From positions 171,111-235,110 of the forward strand of contig MCFH01000070.1 of the NCBI GenBank assembly GCA_002104945.1: DNA of 64,000 nt, written 5' to 3'. The notes under the pieces are model-generated. The model was not told where the DNA came from, did not search any database, and saw only the letters and a list, made by a program, of their open reading frames with translations. Origin of the DNA: Piromyces finnis finn (taxonomy: Eukaryota; Fungi; Neocallimastigomycota). Shown here piece by piece: positions 20,137 to 35,977 of the stretch. Numbering within the stretch: position 1 is the stretch's first letter; each line of letters opens with the position of its first letter. A program made the translations under genes and the position numbers.

Positions 20137-20499
20137 GTGATAATATTAGAAAAAATTAAATATTAATTATATCTTTTAAAATATAATTGAGTATATTAAT
20201 CAATATTTATATATAAATCTATTTCTATTTTAAATAATTATGTTCTATTATAATAGCAAAGCCTATTTTATAATTAGCATAATAAAAATATAAATTTCTT
20301 ATTTACAGTACCAATAAACGATTATATCTGATTCAATATTAGAAAATATATTTATTTTCAGAAAAAAAGAAAATTTCAATTCAATAAATATAATTGGAAC
20401 TTTAAATTGTAATAATTTTAATAATAATAATAATAATAACAATAATAACAATAATAAATAGTAGCAATAATTTGATAATAACGTTGCTTTATAAAGGAT

Positions 20500-23420
20500 A
20501 TGTTGTCGAGATCTGATGATGAGTATAGAAATTTTCAAAATTATACACGATTGTTAGATGATAGGAATAATGTAAGTAACAGTATAAAAGTATAAAAATT
20601 CTTAATGCAAAATTACTTATTTAAAATGGTTTTTTAATAAAAATATAGTATATAAAGCCTAATGGGATTGATCAATACGAGAATCCTGACTTAAATGCTT
20701 ATATGCTACAGGATCCTTATGTTATGAATCCAGAAGGTGCGGCTGAAGAATATGCTGCACTTAATATTAATAATCCTGCAGAACTTGCATATGGATGCAA
20801 ACTTCCAGAGGGTTATAACCCTCTTGCAGTTGAAAATATAAATGAAAATTTTCCAAATAAAATAAATTGGCCTCAAGGACCAAATCCTTTTTTAATGCAT
20901 GATGAATTTAATCAATTTGATCCATATAACTCATATTTTAATAATATTTATGAAGCACAAACATTTGATAGAAATATTGAAGATGTTCCACTACCACCAC
21001 CATCTCTATTTGACAATTCTTTACCTTTTGATCCCCAGGTAAATATTTAAAATATAAAAATTAAGAAAATAATTATAAAAAAAATAAAAAAAAATTAAAT
21101 ATATATATTTTAAATATTTTAATTAAATAATATATTATAATGTAATATTAATATATCTATAATATATAATAGTTAAATTTTAATAATTATTATGCTAACG
21201 ATCCAGGATATTATTGTCCAAATCCTATGGATTATCCACAGGGTGCATTCCCACATAATCCTTTAATTAACCCAAGATCATTAGCATTAGCTGCTCAAAA
21301 TCCTCAAATCCCACCAGGAGTTGATCCTATACCAGCAAATAGTTTTAATCAAGCTCTTGATAATATACCATCTTCAGCTCCAATACCATTATCCAAATAT
21401 TCAAAATTATCTAAAAATCCTGCTTTAAATTCACCATTTGTTATGCCTCCATTACATGGTAGTGGAATAAGTCAACATTATAGATTGCCAAATCATCCTT
21501 CACAGAAATATTTTCATTTTGTTAATGGAGGTAGAATTCCTCAAAATATAAAAGATATGTATAAAAAAGCAGGTTCTTCATCATTAGTTGGTGATGTTGT
21601 AACAACTAACCCATTGACAGGGGGCGAAACATTGACTACTGATACAACTGTTGGAAATGCTCGTAATTTTGCTGTTCCATCAACGAGCGCTGAAAATTCT
21701 AAATCATTAAGTTCTAAACCTGATAGTATTGTAAATAAATCTGATAAAGATGAATCAGAAAAATCAATAAAAACAATAACTCCTATAAAGAATGAAATAA
21801 ATATTAAAAAGGAAGAGTCTTTAACATTAAAAGATACTGCAAATGTAATAACTACTGATACAACTGTTCCTATTAAAACTAAAATTGATACATCAAAAAT
21901 GGATATTGATGTAAAAGCTACTCCTCTAAAACAGGAGGAGGTTAAAAAAGAAGAAGCTAATATAAATGCTTCGATAAAAACTATAGATTCAGCAAAAACT
22001 GTTATAAATACACCAGTTGAAACAAAAATTATTAATACTCAAATTAATGCTACTAAACCATCAATTTCAACATCTTCCACAACAGTTTCGGTTGAAAGTT
22101 TGAAGACAGTACCTGTTGTTGAAGTATCAAAACCTGCATCAAATACCGCTGCAACAATTACTACATCATCAAAAACTCAAAATAACAACAATACAATTAC
22201 CAATGCTAATGGTACTGTGAGAGTAAGAAAGAGACATCAAGTTAAAGTTGCTTGTGGTAATTATTAAATTAGATTTCATAATTAATTTTTTGAAATTATT
22301 TAAATTAAAAAATTATTAATAAACTATTATTTTTTAAATAATTACAGTAAATTGTAGAAAAGCTTGTAAAAAGGTATATATTAAGTATTATTTTTTTGTT
22401 ATTAATATTATATAGTTATTAAATTTAAAATTATATATTTATATTTTATTATTTTATATTAGTGTGATGAAAATCGTCCATGTGCCCGATGTATAAAAAT
22501 GGATCTTTGTTCTACATGGTAAGTTATTTTAAATAATAAATAAAAAAATAGAAATTTAATATAATATTAATAATATATATTATGTATTTATATGAATATG
22601 AAATGTAGTGTTGACGGTGAAAGAAAACCAAGAGAGAAAGGTGTTAGAAGAGGTCCATATAAAAGACAGAAACAATTGCAACAACAACAGAATCAAAATG
22701 GTACAACTGACCCAAAAGCTGCATTAACAGCTAAATCTAATGATAAAGAAGGATTACAAAAAACACGACAAAAAAGAAAAAAGACTCAAAAACAACTTAA
22801 GCAGGAAGCTGAAGCTGAAAATAAAGGTGTTACTTCTAACTCTCTCCAAACAACAAACCCAACAGCGACAAGTACATTACAAAGTAATAATTTAAATTTA
22901 TTTTTTCATTTTTTTGGAAAATTAATAAAAAACCAAAATATACTAAAGTTTTATCATTATTATATTAGCAACTTCTTTATCAATGACAAATCCACTTCAA
23001 GCTGATACACAATTATTACAAACTACTCTATCACAAGATTCTACACTACCTTTAACTCAATCAACAACTGAGCTATTAAATGGAAGCGCACCATATAATG
23101 ATTTATATGGATTATATAGTAATGATAATATATATTTAAATTATTACCAACCTGATTTATACTATTGCAATCCATTAAATACATATCCATATCCAATAAC
23201 CGAAAATTATGTGTTGCCTCCAGAAAAGGTACCGTCGTCATTAGAAGAATGTGAATCCTTGTATAAAATTAATACAGAATCAGCATCTTCACCAAATACA
23301 ACCAATTCAACAATAAATACTAAAGAAACCACGAATAAATTAATAAATCTTACAAAAAGTTCAAGTGATGTACTTAGTGCAATATCGTCAACTTCAACTA
23401 TGGATACGACAGAAATATAA
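20500..23420 (+). CDS. Zn(II)2Cys6 fungal transcription factor, multi-exon
   Basis: Start MLSRSDDEY at 20500 splices in frame to the 20703 and 21227 ORFs. The spliced binuclear cluster reads RKRHQVKVAC-x-NCRKACKKCDENRPCARCIKMDLCSTCVDGERKPREKGVRRGPYK (about 22225-22670) and is split by three introns. Confidence 0.88.
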
Positions 23421-24181
23421 ATGATAAAAAAAAATATATAAAAAAATAAAAACAAAAGAAAACGGACAATCATACACATTAAATTATACTATAGATTATC
23501 ATAAATATATTTGTATTAAAATATTAAATAAATTAATATTTTATAAGGTATTAATTTATTAATTTACCCATAAATTTACATGTTTTAAAAGAAATATCTA
23601 TTATTAAAAAAAAATTAAATTTTATTATTATTTTTTTTGATATTTATTATTTTCATTTCATTTTTTTTTTTAAATTATAAAAAATATATTTTTACGAAAA
23701 AGGATATTTTATATTATGATAGTTTTTATTTTATTAATCTATTAAAAATATTTTTTATTCCTAAAAAATCAAAATTTGTATTTATGACAACACTTAAAAT
23801 TATTTATTAATTTATTTATTTTAATTCTTATTATTTCTTTTCTTTTTCTTTTTTATTCAAATTAATCTGTTGATATTTTTAAAAATAGTTAATCATATTT
23901 ATCTGTTTGTAAATATGTAAATAAAAAGATTTTATTCAAAGTAATATAATAATTTATTTTATTCAAATGTAAATAAATACTTTATTATGTAAATATTAAG
24001 TAATGATTATCTTTAATATTTTAAATACTTTGTTTCCTATAATTAATATATTAATTATGAAATAAATAAGTATTATCAAAAAAGAAAAAAAAAAAGATAA
24101 TAAAATAAAACAAAAGCAGAAAAAACATTATTATATTTTAGTATTATATTATCTTTATTATTAGTTTATTAGTATTTTAGT

Positions 24182-24435
<254 letters not shown>

Positions 24436-24784
24436 ATTTAAATTTTGATATTGATTATTTAATTAAATAGTTTAAAATTTATTATTAATAAATTTAATTA
24501 GAAAAAGTATATTGGCTAAAAATTAATTATAATTTTCTATATTAATTTTTTTATTTTTTGAGTATTTTGTTAAATACAACACAAAACAAGAAAGGAAAAA
24601 ATAATTAATAATAATAGTAATAAAAAAAAAAAGAGAAAAAATTTCAAAAAAGCAAAAAATAAAAAATAAAAAATAAAATAAGATAAAACTACAATAATAA
24701 ACCTTATTCTTTTTTTTTATAGTATAAGAATATATAATCTAAATTATTAAAACTTTTTTTTTTTAATTTTTAGAATAGAGATAC

Positions 24785-27700
24785 ATGTATTTCAACATGC
24801 ATGTAAATAGTATATATAAATATATAGTATATATATTAAGTACAATATATTACTGTCAAGCTATTGTTGTAAAAACTCAAACAACTGAATTACTTTCTGA
24901 ACCAAAGAAAATTTTTAAATTTAAAACTTCAAATGTAATATATTTTTTAATATAATAATGGTTAAAGTTGATATTCTATTATTAATTATAATATATATAT
25001 ATTTTGTTTAATTTATTACTTTTTATACTTTAGAATTTATTATATTATGGTGAAAGTAAGAAAAGAAACAATGTAGCTATTTCAATAGACAATGGTATAA
25101 CATGGAAAAATATTCCAGAAATGGAAAATGAAAATGTTAAAGACATTATTAAAGATACTTTTGATGAAAATGTAATTATAATATATATTACTTTTTTTTT
25201 TATAATTTTAAAGGAGTTTATTCTTTTTTATAAATTATATATTAATATAAAAATAATTGACATTATGTTCTTAAAAATATTAATTTTTTATTCATTTAAT
25301 AAATAAAGAAATTATATGCTATAACAAAAAATTCTATTTATCAAAGTGTAAATTCAGGAAGTAATTGGTCTTTTATAAATTATGAATTTGATATAATAAG
25401 AAAAACCTTATTATTTAATCAAGAAAACACCCAAGCCTTAATACTTGGAAGAGAATGTAATACTACATGTACTAGGAATGTATGTCTCAATTCTAATATA
25501 ATACATGTAGTTTTTTTTTAAAAAAAGAAAAACAATACATTTTTATACCTTTATAATATATATATAATTATTTTCTAATTTTTTTTTATATAAATATAAA
25601 TTTTAATCCAATAGTTATATTTAAGTGATAGAACTTTAAACTTTACTAAAACACTTGAGAATGTTGAAAAATGTTTATTTTTTGATTTTCCAAATAAAAA
25701 TACAATATTTTGTCTTCAAAAAAATCCAATTACGAAGAAGAATATTATTTTAAGAAGTATTGATAATTTCGATACTTATGATAAAGTTTTTCTTTCTGGA
25801 AATCCTATTGATATTATAGCAGACGATTTTAAAATTATAATTCCAACTGTAAGACACATTTATAAATGATAAAATAATAGCTATAATAATTATAATAATA
25901 AATAATTATATATTCATATCATTAAAACTGTTAATAAGGTTGGTGAAACAAGAAATGATTTATGGATATCCACTGATGGTAATACATTTGTAAAAACATT
26001 ATACTCAGTAACAGAAGAAAATAATACTAATCAGGTATGTTAATATATTAATAAGATAAGTATGCTAATTATTATTAATGGCGCGTATATAATAATTTTA
26101 ATATAGATATTTGAATTTTTGAAGAATACCAAAAACGATATCGTGGGTGTTATTATAAGTTCAAAAAAATCTAATGAAAATAATGGAGGAGATAAGGACG
26201 ATGGCAATAATAATGATAATAATAATGATGACGATAATAATGATGATGATAATGATAATAATGATGATAATAATGATGACAATAATGATGACAATAATGA
26301 TGACAATAATGATGACAATAATGGTGATTACGATGATGGTAATGATGATAATAATGTGGAAATTAATAAAAAAATAAAATATAAGCAATCAGAAAAAGTA
26401 AGAAATGATGTTCATTCTTTTTATTCCATCAGTTTTGATGGAAATTATTTATTGAAGAGATTTTCTATTGAACAAACTTATAATAAAAAACACAATAGAA
26501 AGCATCAAATTAAATGTCAAACATATAACCAAAATATAATTATTTGTAATACTAATGATAATGAAATTCAAATATCAAAAATCAGTTTAGATAATGGTGT
26601 TAATTGGAATAACATGAATGTTATTGAATATGGACAATCACTTCCTTTATTAGTTAATTTAAATTCTTTAATTTTATCAGAAACCGATGATATTTATTCT
26701 GGAAAAGCAATTTGTACAGGAAAAGTTACAAATAAAAAGGGAGAATATACCTTAATGTCATTGAATGGTGGCTTAGAATGGAAAATTATAAGAGATTTTA
26801 AGTCATATAGTATTGATAGTAATCATGGTAGTTTATCTGTATTGGTATCACAGCATCATAAATTCTTTAATAACAATTCAAAAAATATTTTAGATATTTC
26901 ATACACAACTGATAATGGTGAAACATGGTCATATGTTCCAATAGAAACTGATATTAAATATGATAAATTACAGTTTAAGGGAATATTTGACTTAACCGAA
27001 GAATACAATAAAGAACAACAATATATGGTTGTATTAACTAATAAAAAATCAAAATTAATTTATTCATTGAGAATTAGTTTCAATTTGGATGATGAAAAAG
27101 AGTGTTCTGATAATGAAATTGAAATTGTCAATATGCTATCTACTGATAATAAATCTATTTGTTTGAATGGCTTAAAAAGAAAGATATTACGTAGAAAATT
27201 AGGTAAATCTTGTATAATAAAAATGGGTAGAAATTATATTTCATCTAAGTTTATGTCTAGTTCTTTTGAATCATGTGAATGTGAAACTGATGACTATCAT
27301 TGCGAAGTGGGTTTCAAGTATGATGAAATTGAGACAATGAAAACAGGTATCTTTTCTTGTAAACCAGTTGACTCGTTAATATATCAACCAAAAGAGTGTA
27401 ATTCATTTTATTTTGGACCATCTGGAGTAAAGAAAATTCCAGGAAATGTATGCATTGATAAACTGAAAGAAAATAAAGAATCTAGTAATATGGTTGAAAG
27501 AAAATGCGTTAAACAAGAAACTCTTGTTGATGCTAATCTTCAATTGTGGGGATCAAATAAACCATCTTCATCATCTTTTACTTTTGAAAGAGAAATTCAA
27601 AAATTTGTATACTTTAGGAATTCTGATGTAATTTTATTAGTTACTATTAATGGTTTAACTTATATATCTTCAGATGGAGGTACAAAATGGGAAAGAATTT

Positions 27701-30700
27701 TTGAAGATTATACCATATTTGGAATGATTCTTCATGATGTCGATGATAAGAGAGCTTACTTTATTTTCTCTAATTCTGAAATTTGGATGACAGATGATTG
27801 CTTAAAAGAATATTTATCAAATGGAAAGAGAAAAGGTAGACATTTCTTTAAGATAGATACACCAGATAATCAATCTTATAATAGATTAGGTGTTTCAATC
27901 ATTGATTTCCACCCAACAGAACCTGATTATTTAGTTTTTACTGGTGAAGGTGGTAATAATTGTAAAAGTAGAAATGAATGCTATACTCAGGTAATTACAA
28001 TGCTAATACTATATTCTAAAAATAAATGTAAAAAACAAATTATAACATAGATTTTAAATGTTATTTTTATTTTATGTTTTAATGATATTTTCAAAAAGGC
28101 TTATTTCACTCACAATAATGGTAAAGATTGGAAGTTTTTAGATAAAAATGTAGGAAAATGCTTATTTGCTTTGGATGTTGATTTTAAGATTGATGTTCCA
28201 ACTGATGCTGTTTATTGTTTGGTTCATTCTGATTCCAGTTTAACTTCATCAATGACATTAACATTATATGAACCGACTAGAAGAGGAATTGAAAAGACAA
28301 TTATACAAGAAAATGTTATTAATTATTTTGTCGTATCTAAATACTTAGTAACTGCTGTTGAATACAATGACAGTGTTAAATTAAAAATATCTGTTGATGG
28401 TAAAAAATTTGAGGATGCTAAATATCCACCAGATGTTGATATCACAAAAAATTCATTTACTGTATTAGAATCAACCACTGGAAGATTATTTTTAAATGTT
28501 AATAAAGAAGATAGTAAATTCAAAGTTAGTTCATATGGTACATTATATATTAGTAATAGTGATGGTACATATTATAACAAAGCTTTAGAAAGAACTAACG
28601 TATCATTTGGTGGTGTAGTTGATTTTGAAAAAGTACAAGGTGTTGAAGGCATTATTTTAGTCAATGAAGTTTCTCCAAAAAATAATAAACCAAGAACTGT
28701 TATTTCATTTGATGATGGTGCTACCTGGAATCCAATCCCAAGACCATATGATTTAGATAATAGAAAAGTCCCATGTTCTAAGGATGATTGTAGATTAAAC
28801 TTACATAGTCATTCATCTATTGAAGAATCAGTCTCTGTTGGTTATTTATATTCAAATCCAAGTGCTACTGGTATTTTATTAGGTGTTGGTAATGTTGGTC
28901 CAAATTTAACAGATATTAGTAATGCTGATACTTATATGTCTGTTGATGCTGGTTTAACATGGAAATTAATTAAAAAAGGTGTATATTCATGGGAATTTAT
29001 TGATCAAGGATCAATTATAGTTTTAATTCAAGAAGATGTTCCAACAAATGTTTTATATTACTCTACTAATTATGGTAAAGATTGGAATGAATATCAATTC
29101 TTAAATACTGATAAGGTCTATTTACGTACCTTAACCTCTGATCCAAACAGTAAGAGTATGTATGCTTTTATTCTTGGTTATAAACAAGGACAAATTGGTG
29201 AGGTAGTTTCAACCAGTGTTAATTTTGAAAACATCTTAAAGAAACCATGTAGTAAGAGTGATTTTGAAGAATGGAAGGTTTCTGGAAATGGTAAAAAGAC
29301 ATGTTTACTTGGACATGAAACCACTTATCAAAGAAAGAAGGCTGATTCTGATTGTTATGTTGGTGATTTTGAAAGAAAAACTAATAAAGAAAATTGTCCA
29401 TGTTCTGAAATGGATTACGAATGCGACTTTTCTTACTGGAGAGATCCATATGGTAAATGTGTACTTGATGGTGTTGATCCAAAACAACCAGAAAATTGTA
29501 GAAAAGGTGAAGTCTTCAATGGAAGCTCCGGTTATCGTAAAATTGCTGCTTCTACTTGTACTGGATCTTTTAAATATGATGAACCTGTAAAGCGTATTTG
29601 TGGTGAAGATAATTCTGGTAGTAGCAATGATATTATTAGAAAGGAACATCGCATTGAAACTATTGAAGATTGGTTCTACTTTGAAGATAGTGAAACAATC
29701 GTATACCTTAATAAGTATTATGAATTGTTTGTTAGTCGTAATGAAGGTTTAGATTGGGAACCAGTTGCAAAGAATGAAAAGTTTTCAAGTATTATTAAAT
29801 CACCAAATCATAAAGATTTAGCTATTTTCATAACAGTTAAAAGTAATACTTGTTATTACACTAACGATAAAGGTAAAAACTTTTATTCCTTCGAATTACC
29901 AATCATTGCTAATCCTTTAAAGATTCCAGTCTTTAGTATTAATCCAAATAACCCTGGCTGGTGGTTATTTGTTGGTGCCGAAGATTGTAAATTTAATTCA
30001 TTTTTCTCTGATGGTGATTGTCATACAGTTTTATATTCATCTAAAAATTATGGTAAAACATGGGATAAATTAGAAACTTATGTTAAAAATTGTGAATGGG
30101 CTAAAACCGAAAAATTTAGCAGACCTGATAATAATGGCATTTTCTGTCAAGTATATAAAGAAAAAAAGGGCAATATGGCTGAACCTATGGGTGATAACGT
30201 TCTTACCCTTCAATATTCTTCCGATTTCTTTAAACATTCTAAAGAGTTATTACAAGATGCTGTTGCATTTGCTATTTTCGATAAATATATGATGGTTGCA
30301 CAAATTGCACCACAATTAAGAGATCAAGCTAAACTCTATATATCAACGGATGGTAATCTCTTTGAGGAAGCTCAATTCCCACCAAACTTTAAGGTTCCAG
30401 ATACAGGTTTTACTATATTAGAATCCAAAACTGGTAAAATCTTTATGGATATTTTCACTCGTCAAACCTTAGGTTCTGAACACGGTTTCCTTTTCATGTC
30501 TAATAGCAATGGTACTAGATTCTCTCCATGCTTACAAAGTACTAATCGTAATAGTTATGGATATGTTGATTTTGAAAAGATGATTGGCATTCCAGGAATT
30601 GCCATAGCAAATATTGTTGCAAATCCAGAATCTTATGAACGTTCTAAAATGGTTCAAACGGTGATGTCCTTTAATGATGGTTCTACATGGGACTTTGTTA

Positions 30701-31941
30701 AGGCTCCCTCTAGGGATAGTTATGGTAAGACATTTGATTGTGATCCAGATAGAGATGATGATTGCCATCTTCATTTCCATAGTTATACCGAAAGACGTGA
30801 ACCACGTAACTATTTCAGTTCTGAAACTGCTATTGGTATGATGGTTGGTATTGGTAATGTTGGTAAATCCTTGGAAAAGTATAAGGATAGTGATACATTC
30901 TTAACTCGTGATGCTGGTAAAACTTGGGTTGAAATTCATAAAGATGCCCATCTCTATGAATTTGGTGATTATGGAGGTATTCTTATTTTAGTGAACGATG
31001 AAGTTCCAACCAATTTCTTAGAATTTTCTGTAGACCAAGGTAACACCTTTACCAAATATCAATTTGTTGAGCAAAAAGATCGTAAAGTTCGTGTTAAGGA
31101 TATTTTGACAGTTCCTGATGGTACAAGTTTGAAATTCCTTTTAATTGGTACTATTCTTGATAGTTCTAATGAATCTGGCAGTGAAATAATGATTTATCTT
31201 GATTTTGCACCTATTAAAACCAAAAAATGTATCATTGACCATAAGAATCCTGAAAAAAGCGATTTTGAACTTTGGTCACCATCTATTACCGGGGATAAAT
31301 GTCTTTTAGGTGAAAAGATTGAATTTTATAGAAGAAAGGAAGGCAATGATTGCTACATGGCCGAAAAGTTCAAAGATCCGGAATATAAGTCTACTGTTTG
31401 TTCATGTACCGAATTTGATTATGAATGTGATTATAATTATATTCGTAGCAAGGAATTCAATGGTACATGTGAACTCATTAAAGGAGCCATTAATCCTGTT
31501 TCTCAATGTATGAATGGTAAATATTATGAGTCAACCGGTTATCGTCTCATTCCAAGTTCAAAATGTATTAATGGTGTTCGTTTAGATATCGATGGAGCAA
31601 AATCTCATTGGTGTACTGGTGGGGATTCCGGTAATTCTGTAGGTTCTGGTACAAAGATTGTTATTGTAGGTATTCCATTAATTGCTGTCGGTTTCTTCCT
31701 TTACTATTACAAAGCACAAGATTGGAGACAAGGAGCTATTCGTCTTCCAACCAACGAAACCTTAAATCCTCGTTTTGATCTTTCTATGGTAGGTGAAGCT
31801 ATAATTGTTTTAGCTAATAAGGTTGTTGATAGAGTAATGAATCTTTATGACTTTGCTCGTAATCTAATTATACGTCGTCGTGACTATGCCCCATTAAATT
31901 ATAATACCAATAGTGAGCATAATATATTTGTTGGTAATTAA
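24785..31941 (+). CDS. VPS10: Vps10/sortilin-family vacuolar sorting receptor with three VPS10 modules
   Basis: Signal-peptide-like start (MYFNMHVNSIYKYIVYILSTIYYCQA); many Asp-box repeats (S-x-D-x-G-x-x-W); three Cys-rich 10CC blocks (CLNG...CECETDDYHC, CLLG...CPCSEMDYECD, CLLG...CSCTEFDYECD); TM segment IVIVGIPLIAVGFFLYYY; cytosolic tail with YAPL. Confidence 0.9.
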
Positions 31942-32433
31942 ACTGTATACCTAATGGATTCCTCTTTTTTTATTTTTTAATTATTCATTTATTTTTTTTT
32001 AAAAAAAAAAAAAAAAAAAATCGCATAATAAAAAATGATAACCTATACCTATATAATTATTTAATTTTTTTTTTTTTTAAAAAAAAAGAAAAAAAAAAAA
32101 GTCTTTTCTTTTTAAAACTATACATATCACATAAAAAATTTTTAGTAAATCATGTAGTATACTCTATTTATAAAATATAAAATATTTATAATAATAAATA
32201 AATAAAATAAATTTTTTAAAAAAATATAAACATAGATATTCATTTTTTTTTTTTTTAAGTAGTGCAACACCAAAATACTATATAAATAAAATATTAATAG
32301 AGAAAATTTAGAAATTAAAATAGTTTTTATAGTATAATAAAATATACTATAGAAAGTTTAATAGCAAATTCTGCTTTTATTATCATTAAAAAATATTAGT
32401 TTTTTTTTTTATATAAGACTGGCAATAATTATC

Positions 32434-32473
<40 letters not shown>

Positions 32474-32711
32474 AATAAATCTGTATTTTTATTTTATTTC
32501 AAATATATATATAAATATATAAATATATAAGTAAAAAATAAAAATTAAATAAAATTATCAAAATACTAAATATATTAATGAAAAAAAATGAATTCTATTT
32601 TCTAGTTTTCTAGTTTTTTAATATAATTTAAATAAAGAAATAAAAAATAAAAATAAAATAACATTATTAATATATACATATTATTATTTTATTATTATTT
32701 TATTATTTAAA

Positions 32712-33827
32712 TTATTCTTTTTGATGTTGAGAAGATAACTGTCTTGTTTCTTCAATTATACTTTCTTTTTGAGCTCGTGTAAGGAAACGACGACCATCCA
32801 AATGAAGTAAACATGGCTTACAATAATAATTATTAGCTTGATTATTTTGATTTTTATTATCATTGATAGTTGTAGTAGTATTCTCAATTTTACTTTTATT
32901 TTCATTTTTACATTTATTTTTTGATTCTTCTTCTTTTTCTCTTTCCTCATCTCTAGGGAAGTACATCCAGGTACCATACTTAGAATGAACTTCCATACCA
33001 TGATCCTTTATATCTTGAAGTTGAACATGACCAAATTTATCTTCAATAAAATCACCGTTATTGATTACAGATCCACGACCAAATACTAATTTAAGATAAT
33101 GCTCAACAGAAGCAATATGAGTTTTATCATACCAAAAGAAAAGAGGTATAAGGGGTATTGGAAAGGAAGGATCAGGGGATAAAATTCTTGGAAGAGAGGG
33201 ATCTTCACAACGTCTGGCATATGAAGTTACATGATTTGTTGCAAATCCAACATATTTTACACGATCAGAACATGTTTCCATAGTATAAATTATTTTTGGA
33301 AGGTCAATTTCTGTTTGGAATTTTAAATCATGTTGAATAATAATTACATAAGGTGTATCAATTTGTTTTAATGCTTCTTTTACAGCGAAGCCAAATCCTA
33401 CTCGTTGTTGAATACGAATAATTTTAGTGTAGGGTGTTATATAATTAATATGTTGAGGAATAACTCTTTTCCAACGAGGTGTTCTATCATCAACCTTGAC
33501 CATCTCACAAACTTCATCTTTTTGAATAAATGAAATTTCCTTATCTGGTACATCTATAGTACAATTATCAGGATTAATTTTATCAATTTTTAAATTATAA
33601 TCTATTGGTCCAAAGAAGAGTTTATTGTTTTTATTTTCGTTAGTGTTAAATTTTCTCTTTTTTCGTATTACAATTTCCTTATTATCATCGTCATTATTAT
33701 TATTATTATTATTATTAGATTCATCTTCATTTTTCGTAGTACATTCAAAATCTTTTACTGGTTTATCATGTCTTTTAATTATTAAAATAGAAATTTTTTT
33801 ATTACAAAAAAGAAAGTTATAATGTTT

Positions 33828-33865
<38 letters not shown>

Positions 33866-34195
33866 TACAATGAATTGGGTTGGATATTATTGTAGTATTC
33901 ATTTTTAATTCTTTCTTGAACTTTATATATAAATTTATAATAATTTTCCACTTCTTTTTCGTTTTTTATTCTTCCAGCTTTATAAACACTTTTTTTATAT
34001 AATCTATATCCATCACAACTAATAATTATATAATTGCGCAATATTAAATAAAATTAATACAAAGAAATTTTAGTAACAATATTCATTTTATATTTCTAAT
34101 ATGAACATTGGAATATGTAAAAGGAAACTTTATTACAAATTATAACTTTAAATGCTTCATAAAAACAAAGCAAAACAAAACAACTTCATTATATG

Positions 34196-34229
<34 letters not shown>

Positions 34230-34467
34230 CATTATATATTATATATTATATATCTTATATAAAAAAATATTTAGCATACATTATTATTTTTTTACAATAT
34301 TCAAGATTTTTGACATTGAGACATCCGTTAAAAACCTCATCAATAATTGCTGTTGAAGGATTTGAACTTATTGGAGAAGTTGTAAATAAAACTGTTAATT
34401 TTTTTGCTAAATAGCTAGGTTCATATATTTCCTTTGGTATTTTAAAATTATTTTCATCAAAGTTCAT
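32712..34467 (-). CDS. Uncharacterised GT-A/glycosyltransferase-2-like protein, about 3 exons
   Basis: Exon 1 has LTVLFTTSPISSNPST, exon 2 has CDGYR...YKAGRI, and the last exon has GFGFAVKEAL..IDTPYVIIIQHD (DxD-like position), FFWYDKTH, FIED, YGTW and HLDGR. The function call is a fold-level guess. Confidence 0.55.
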
Positions 34468-34776
34468 TTTTAATGTCTAAAATTAAAATATTTTTTTTTA
34501 TAATTATTTTATAACCCATTTATTCATTTATTGATTTGTTATAATATTTGTTATTTATTTATATATTTTAAAAATGCATAGCCATTATTTATTCACCATT
34601 TTTATTTACCATATACTATTAAAATGTATATATTATTTTAAATAGAAACATTAACCACAAATGTATTAACAATAATGTATAATAATGTATTATTTGCTAT
34701 ATTTGAAAAAGGTTAGAAAATTTTAAAGTAGAAAAAAATAATTTAATAAATATCTTTTAACTCCAATGATCCTAAA

Positions 34777-34812
<36 letters not shown>

Positions 34813-35448
34813 ATATATATAATATATGTTAAATATATAATAAAATAATTATTTTATATTTTGTCTTTCTTTTTCTAATATTTTAAATTTAAACTTATTC
34901 CACATCATCTTTATACTATTTTTATATACTTTATACTTTTATTTCCCAATCTATAAATTGATTTCTGATGAAATATAATGATTAGTATGAAATAAAATAA
35001 AAAAAAAAAATTATAGCAAAGTATTATTAATTATCATACGGTGAAATAAAAAGTTTTTTTTTTAATATTATAATTAATAAATATATATAATTCCAAGTCG
35101 ATACTAGAGTTATAAAAAACGGAATATGAAATATTTTTAAAATTTATTTTTATATTTCTTTAAACTTTTATTATTATTTATATAATCGTTTCTATTCAAA
35201 ACAATTTTTTATTTTTCAAAATACACTTTGATATTTTTTGTTTCTATTCTATTCTATCTTTTTTTTTAATATAATAAAAGATTCTGATTTCATTTTATTT
35301 TTTTTTTCTTATTTTCTTATTTTTTATCATTTTCTAATCCTTATTTTCAACATTAAAAATAGAAGCAGTTTACCATTCCTTTTCTCTTTATATAAATTTT
35401 TAAAATGGTAACATTGCCAGTATAAATCCAAATTAGTAATTTTTTTTC

Positions 35449-35977
35449 GTTCCAGTTTTTATCCTGGTTGTTAAGGCGTTTCCTTAGCATACATAAGGCT
35501 TCTGGTTCGACCCCGCAGATGTCAGTGCCTGTGGATTTTCCCACTGGGTTTGCCATGGGTTGGGTTATGATATTCAGGTAAGTATAAATGAACTTTCTAA
35601 TTTACTACTATGATAATAACACTCGTCTAGCCGGCCTGAGAGGGTCTAGTGTACATGGTACATTCCAAATTAGAACTTAATAAGTGGTGACTTAGGCTAT
35701 GCCAAAAACACATAATATTCCTTAATCAATTTAAGTGTAAACATTAGGGGGCGGTTGACACGTGATCAAATTGACTATAAGAGGCTTAGCATTGTAGTTG
35801 TGAAATATCGTACAACGACATGCATCTAATGTACATGGATTAAGTGAGCGTCGAAGCTGAAGAAACAGTATGACAGACCAGGAGGGTCACAACCACCTAG
35901 CAATAGGAATGAGCCAACGTTTCTCTAAGAACCACCATTGGAGCTAACTCTGATCGATGGGAGAAATGCACTCGGAA

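Noticed and set aside
35449-35525. Functional tRNA-Ala gene
   Set aside because: The acceptor and anticodon stems do not pair, and the sequence continues into a long body with a poly(A) tail and TSD, which fits a SINE head.
35353-35556. 67-aa minus-strand ORF
   Set aside because: Antisense to the SINE head, with no recognisable motifs.
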